Assembly: GCA_947168785.1 (NCBI GenBank)
Contig: CAMVNL010000001.1
Span: 1-29,800 of the forward strand
Length of the DNA: 29,800 bases
Direction: 5' to 3'
DNA from: an uncultured Clostridia bacterium
GTDB taxonomy: Bacteria > Bacillota > Clostridia > Oscillospirales > Acutalibacteraceae
This document shows positions 25,140 to 29,800 of the stretch, in pieces. How positions within the stretch are numbered: the first letter of the stretch is position 1; the number at the start of each line of letters is the position of its first letter. The notes under the pieces are model-generated. The model was not told the origin of the DNA. It saw only the letters and a list, made by a program, of their open reading frames with translations, and ran no database searches. Made by a program: the position numbers and the translations under genes.

Positions 25140-28100
25140 TTATGAGCAGAATCGAAATTCAGATACAGGGGCGTAATGGTTGCTGGAGTAATCGGTTTCT
25201 CTCCGGTTTCGACCATACCACACGGTTTCACGCGCAAGCTGCGCGAACGAGGATACAGGTGCGGGATCCGTTACGGTAAGATTTATCCGCCTGTTTACAA
25301 GAGATGCAGGCTCATTTTTATAGATTTGGTTGAAATATGTGTAGAAATCATAATCGGAAACGATGGTAATTTGTTTCTGATTGATTTTTTTGATAATATC
25401 ATGCTGGTAATCGAATAGCGCAGTCAACACGGGAGATGGGCCGACACGGGCTTCAAGCCAACTCCGTATTTCCCGATAAAAACCGGGGAGATGTTGATAG
25501 GCTTCTAAAAATAGAATCTCGTCGAAGCCCCACAGCAGCCCATCGGTATTTGGCAGCGGCGCCACAAAGGAGTTTGTTTGTTGCAATACGCCGCAGCATA
25601 AGCCATATATCGTATCGTGCAACTGTCCTAACAAGCTATCGGGCGATTGCCTGGCGTAATCGATCAAGTCCCGGTAAAACGATACATAGGGATATCCGAG
25701 CTCATAACGGCAATAGATGGCAATTGCCCGTAAAAGGCCCAGGTTGTGCAATCCCTGTACATAGTTGGAGAACACGTTGGCGCGAACCCAGTCCGTTTCG
25801 TCCATGGAATAGGTGGCGACGATATAATCGCCGTATTCCGTAATTTCGCTTTCTTGATTCTGGGCGGAGGAGTGTATGACGTGAAACGGGATGCGGATGC
25901 TTTTGATTTGGTATTTATTGATATACCACGGCTGCCCCATTTCCGAATTCGGCAACAACTCACATGGATAAGCGTTTACCGCGAAATGCTGACCGTTTTC
26001 CAGCATAGCGCACAGACCGTCGCAGAAGCTGTCGTAGGTTTCGCCGGGCAGGCCGATGATCAGCTCGGAATAGGTGGAGATCCGGTTTTCGTTGTATCGG
26101 AGCATCAACCGGCGGAAATCCTCTGTGGAGATGTTCTTCCTGCCGACGTTGGCCAACACCTCAGGATTCATGCTCTGGAAGGAAACTGTCATCGCCTTGT
26201 CAAGACCGTTTTCCACCAGTTTCTTGCCGATGTCGAATACGAAATCGAATTTGTTTTTGGTAAAGAAGACCCGGAAGACCTTGGGGTATCCGTATCGCTT
26301 TTTGCTTTCGGCCACGTAATCCATGATCTCGGCGTCGCGGCTGAAGAGGCAGAAGTTGGCGTCCGCGCAGTAGACGAACTCGATTTTATGCCGGACGAAC
26401 CAGTCGATCTCCGCCTTGACCCGCTCCATCGGGAAGAGGCGCACCTTCGATTTCAGGGAGCTCCAGTCGCAGAAGGAGCAGGAGTTGGGGCAGCCCCGGT
26501 TGCTTTCCAGCAGCGCGGAAAAGGCAACGTCGTCCTGTAGCAGGTCGTCAAATACGCCGGTCAGGTAGGGGGAGGGATAATCCGTGCCCGTCTGGGGCGC
26601 GTAGGAGGTGGTTTGTACCGTACCGTTTTTGTCGCGGAAGGAGATATTGGGGATCTCCGCCAGCGGGCTGCCACTGTGCAGCGCACGCATCAGGTCTGCG
26701 GTGGGCTCTTCGCCGAAGCGGTGGATCAGGAAGTCGATATAGGGATAGCGCGTCAGGAACGCGCCGTCGGCGGAGATGCTGTGCCCGCCGAAGGCGACGT
26801 AGCAGTCCGGGTAGCGCGTCTTGACCGCGGCGGCCGCGGCCTTGTCGTACTCCGCGTTCCACACCGAGCATGAGAACATCACCATGTAAGGATCGACCAA
26901 CTCGTCCACCAGCTCCCGGATGGGTTTGCGGTAGTAGATGATCTTCTGAAACGCGTAGGCGTCCGCGATAGTCTTATCCTGCATACAGTAGGCCTGGATG
27001 CAGCCCACGGCGTAGGGGAAGTAGACGGTTTTTTTGTCGGAACCGTACATGCTGTTAGCTTGTATGAAGTAGACGTTTTTTTTGGCCGGGTACGTCACCG
27101 TTACGTTTTTTTTGTCCAGCAGCCGGATCGGCGCTCCTTTCTTTTTGCCGAAAAGGATGACTCGTTTTCCGTAATCGAACCAGTTGTCAACCGGGTCCGG
27201 GATCGCGACGGTCAGTTCTGTCGTCTTCTTTTCCAACGGCGAGTAACCGGTGGGGTCCGCCGTGGCGAAATAGGTATAAAAATCGTAAGCGAAGCGGGCG
27301 GTTTCCCGTTCCTGCCCCAGAAGGCGGATGGCGAACTTCTGATAGCGGCACAGCTCGTCGAACACCGCCGGGGCCACGTCGTACCCGGCGAGGAACGGAC
27401 GGATCTCCTCCCAGAAACGTTCGTAGTCAGCGGCGATCTCCATAAACAGGCCCTCGTCGAAATACCAGCCCACGTCGCCGAATTTTGCGTTGACGTAGGC
27501 CCACTCGCCCTTGGAAAGGTCGGCGCCCCAGGCCCGGAACCGATGGAGCATCTCGTGCAGGAAGGTCCCGTCGGCTTCCTCCGCAAAGCGGACCAGCGAC
27601 GAATAGAAATCGTAATAGGAGACGTGCAACTCCCGCCGCAGGTACACGGCAAAATACCGCAGCATGCCGATGTGGTGGAAGCACTGGACGAACATGACGA
27701 ACATCAGCGCGTCCAGCATCTCATCGTAGGTCATGGTGTTGGTCTGCACCACCATGTCCACGTATTCAAAAATCTCGTTTTCCACGTTGGGGGAAACGTG
27801 GATGCAGCTGAGCTTCACGTGCTCGGTTTTGATGCCGTGTTTGGCGATATAGGCAGGGTTGCCCATCAGGGCGTTGGGAAACACCTGACAGTCGTAGACC
27901 GTCATGGCGTTGTGCTGACCGGCCTCCACCAGTTGGCAGACGCCCCGGCAGAAGCTCTCCTTCGTCTCGCCGGGCAGGCCGAGAATCAGCTCCGTATAGG
28001 TGGGGATGCCCACGTCGTTGTACCGTTTGATCAGGTCGGAAAAGGCCTCCACCGTAAAGTTCTGGCGGCCGATGTTCTTCAGCGCCTCGTCGCAAAGCGT

Positions 28101-29000
28101 CTGGTAGGCCAGCGTGATGGCCTTGTTGAGGCCGTTTTCCACAAAGAGTTTGGAGATATAAAAGACGTTTTCGTTACTGTTCTTGGCGTAGCAGGCGTTG
28201 AAGATATGCGGGTAGCCGTATTTTTTCTTCAGCCCCACCACAAATTCCGCGATCTCCCTGTCCCGGGGCAGGATGCCGAAATTGCCGTCGGCGCAGTAGA
28301 CGTAGTCGATCTTGTGCTTCGCGCACCACTCGATCTCCGCAAAAACCTTTTCCAGCGGGAAGCAGCGAATCTTGCCGGTGAAGCACCAGTCGCAGTAGGC
28401 GCACTGGTAGGGGCAGCCCCGGTTGGTTTCGATGGTGATGCAGAAATCCACCCCGGGGGAGGCTTCCAGGATCTCGTCAAAATACCCCAGCAGATAGGGG
28501 GAGGGGTAATCCAGCTCCGGGTCGGGCTCTTTATGGGTAAAGCGCAGCGCGCCGTTTTCCCGGTAGGCGATATTGGGCACGCCGGAGAGATCCCCGTCCC
28601 GGTCCAGCGCCAGCAGCAGCTCCTTGAAGGGGCGCTCGCCTTCGCCCAGCATAAAGACGTCCGCGTAGGGGTAGCGCTCCGCCAGCGGCTGCTGCGCGGA
28701 GATGTCGTGGCCGCCGAAAACAATCAGGCAGTCGGGGTATTTTTCCCGCAGGGCGGCGGCCAGCAGGCGGTTGTATTCCGCCGTCCACATATAGCAGGTG
28801 AACGCCACAACGTCGGGATCGACCAGCTTGGCCAGCGCCTCGTCGATGGGGTCGCGTTTCCAGATCATGCCGGCGCAGCGGTAGGAAGACGCGATCCGTT
28901 CGTCCGCCCATGCGTACGCGGCCAGACAGCCGGATGCGTAAGGCAGATATTCTGATTTTCCGACCGATTTGTTCGCCAGAACAAAATACACGTTTTTCAC
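25140..29000 (-). CDS. Tandem fusion of two complete B12-binding/radical SAM 'CDW' modules (639 + 647 aa)
   Basis: Two B12 domains (MKNVYF..YLPYASG; KKNVYF..YFPYAVG), two intact motifs (RGCPYQCAYCDWC; RGCPNSCSFCDWS), two ELI(L/I)GLPGET. Junction at ~27083. GTG start overlaps the GT2 stop (GTGA). Confidence 0.9.
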   Translation of the reverse strand: MKNVYFVLANKSVGKSEYLPYASGCLAAYAWADERIASSYRCAGMIWKRDPIDEALAKLVDPDVVAFTCYMWTAEYNRLLAAALREKYPDCLIVFGGHDISAQQPLAERYPYADVFMLGEGERPFKELLLALDRDGDLSGVPNIAYRENGALRFTHKEPDPELDYPSPYLLGYFDEILEASPGVDFCITIETNRGCPYQCAYCDWCFTGKIRCFPLEKVFAEIEWCAKHKIDYVYCADGNFGILPRDREIAEFVVGLKKKYGYPHIFNACYAKNSNENVFYISKLFVENGLNKAITLAYQTLCDEALKNIGRQNFTVEAFSDLIKRYNDVGIPTYTELILGLPGETKESFCRGVCQLVEAGQHNAMTVYDCQVFPNALMGNPAYIAKHGIKTEHVKLSCIHVSPNVENEIFEYVDMVVQTNTMTYDEMLDALMFVMFVQCFHHIGMLRYFAVYLRRELHVSYYDFYSSLVRFAEEADGTFLHEMLHRFRAWGADLSKGEWAYVNAKFGDVGWYFDEGLFMEIAADYERFWEEIRPFLAGYDVAPAVFDELCRYQKFAIRLLGQERETARFAYDFYTYFATADPTGYSPLEKKTTELTVAIPDPVDNWFDYGKRVILFGKKKGAPIRLLDKKNVTVTYPAKKNVYFIQANSMYGSDKKTVYFPYAVGCIQAYCMQDKTIADAYAFQKIIYYRKPIRELVDELVDPYMVMFSCSVWNAEYDKAAAAAVKTRYPDCYVAFGGHSISADGAFLTRYPYIDFLIHRFGEEPTADLMRALHSGSPLAEIPNISFRDKNGTVQTTSYAPQTGTDYPSPYLTGVFDDLLQDDVAFSALLESNRGCPNSCSFCDWSSLKSKVRLFPMERVKAEIDWFVRHKIEFVYCADANFCLFSRDAEIMDYVAESKKRYGYPKVFRVFFTKNKFDFVFDIGKKLVENGLDKAMTVSFQSMNPEVLANVGRKNISTEDFRRLMLRYNENRISTYSELIIGLPGETYDSFCDGLCAMLENGQHFAVNAYPCELLPNSEMGQPWYINKYQIKSIRIPFHVIHSSAQNQESEITEYGDYIVATYSMDETDWVRANVFSNYVQGLHNLGLLRAIAIYCRYELGYPYVSFYRDLIDYARQSPDSLLGQLHDTIYGLCCGVLQQTNSFVAPLPNTDGLLWGFDEILFLEAYQHLPGFYREIRSWLEARVGPSPVLTALFDYQHDIIKKINQKQITIVSDYDFYTYFNQIYKNEPASLVNRRINLTVTDPAPVSSFAQLARETVWYGRNRRETDYSSNHYAPVSEFRFCS

Positions 29001-29722
29001 TGTGACGACTCCGTTGTGAGCTTTTTTGTATCCGTAAAACGGATTTTCAGGATCATATAATAGTAGAGCAGCGCCGCGCCGAAGGTCCGGTGAGAGCGCC
29101 CTTCTTCTCTTGCGACGTTTTTGGTGGGCACTTCATAGAATGGAACGCCCAGCCGCAGCGGCTTGAACACCATTTCCGTGGTGAACTCAAAACCGCTTCG
29201 CTCCCACCGGATGGAGCGGTAAAGTGCGACCGGCGCGATTTGCGTTGGGTTTGTAAATTCCGTCAGATCGGAACGGTACAACAATCCAAAGCAACGCTGG
29301 GATATCTTGTTGAGCAGCTTCTTCAGCTGACCGTAGTCGTCAAAGCCCTCCGGGTGCAAAAAACGGCTGATCTTCACAATTGCCTCCGGATGTACCTGCG
29401 ATAAACGCAGCATCTCCGGGAAGGAGGCGACGTCGGTTGCCTCGTCCGCGCTCCAGACCACCATGTGGGTGCCCTTGACCTCCCGGATCGCCGCCTGTAT
29501 CGCGTCACCGAAACCTTTGCCGGGCTGATACAGCCAGCGGTAGCCGGGGCGGGCGCAGAGCGTATCCACGGTTTTCAGGCAGGCGTCGGTACAATTCCGG
29601 GCCAGAACGAACAGGTATTCGCAGGCGGCGGAGTAAGCGTCGAGCTTATGAAAGGTCCTCTCCAGCGAGAAGGTCTCGTCGACGGCGCAGATGACGATGG
29701 AAAGGCGGTAGGTGTCAGGCAT
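28997..29722 (-). CDS. Glycosyltransferase family 2, DPM1/ArnC-like (putative polyprenol-phosphate sugar transferase)
   Basis: LSIVICAVDE, GKGFGDAI, VVWSADEATD (DxD-like), ISRF, GFEFTTEM, EVP...REEGRS; 241 aa with no TM. Confidence 0.85.
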   Translation of the reverse strand: MPDTYRLSIVICAVDETFSLERTFHKLDAYSAACEYLFVLARNCTDACLKTVDTLCARPGYRWLYQPGKGFGDAIQAAIREVKGTHMVVWSADEATDVASFPEMLRLSQVHPEAIVKISRFLHPEGFDDYGQLKKLLNKISQRCFGLLYRSDLTEFTNPTQIAPVALYRSIRWERSGFEFTTEMVFKPLRLGVPFYEVPTKNVAREEGRSHRTFGAALLYYYMILKIRFTDTKKLTTESSQ

Positions 29723-29800
29723 GGGCGTCCGCCTCCCGGATCTCGGAGGTATACAGGTATTTCCCGCCCCGCCGGCCGTACCAGACCAGTTCGCGGGCGT
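29715..29800 (-). CDS. C-terminal 27 aa of a further CDW-family B12 radical SAM gene (5'-truncated by window edge; missed by the ORF track)
   Basis: Minus frame 29798-29715 reads ARELVWYGRRGGKYLYTSEIREADAHA*, matching ARETVWYGRR(K/N) at the ends of the other paralogs. Stop overlaps the GT2 start by 8 nt. Confidence 0.8.
   Translation of the reverse strand, partial: ARELVWYGRRGGKYLYTSEIREADAHA

Noticed and set aside
27060-28955. 631-aa plus-strand ORF (and similar long antisense ORFs at 10503-12161, 14237-15373, 535-1410)
   Set aside because: Shadows opposite well-supported genes; no motifs or RBS context.
10227-29800. Hopanoid, ladderane, RiPP (proteusin-like), phosphonate or aminoglycoside cluster as an explanation for the B12-rSAMs
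   Set aside because: No squalene-hopene cyclase, fatty-acid synthase genes, precursor peptide, PEP mutase or DOI synthase seen in the window; the unseen right flank could change this.
1-29800. tRNA, rRNA, transposase or integrase genes
   Set aside because: None recognised on either strand.

Overview
GC-rich genomic window, probably from an anaerobic Clostridia-type Firmicute (inferred from gene style, not determinable from sequence alone). It has three parts. (1) 1-2771: end of an aromatic amino acid operon (aroA 3' end, tyrA, DAHP synthase) whose intergenic spaces are filled with GTAG-type REP/REPIN-like palindromes and heptamer repeats. (2) ~3253-10044: a stand-alone ~2260-aa secreted modular protein with about 20 Cys/His-rich repeats and an unusual C-terminal tail with no LPXTG or SLH anchor. 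(3) 10227-29800+: a ~20-kb cluster of two convergent operons, truncated at the right edge. It encodes at least five cobalamin-dependent radical SAM modules (four of one paralogous 'CDW' family, two of them fused in one 1286-aa protein, one visible only as a 27-aa tail at the window edge), a DegT-type aminotransferase, a GT2, three GT-C-like membrane proteins, two paralogous Lys-rich membrane proteins, and an SGNH + carbamoyltransferase + fused SxtJ/SxtK-like module. Best candidate for a new system: a B12-radical-SAM-tailored, carbamoylated aminosugar pathway for cell-envelope decoration. It may include a trans-membrane carbamoyl relay, because the SxtK-like tail ends in FVYTLF, resembling the DltX/AlgI acyl-shuttle tyrosine motif. 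All product calls come from motif reading; no database searches were run.
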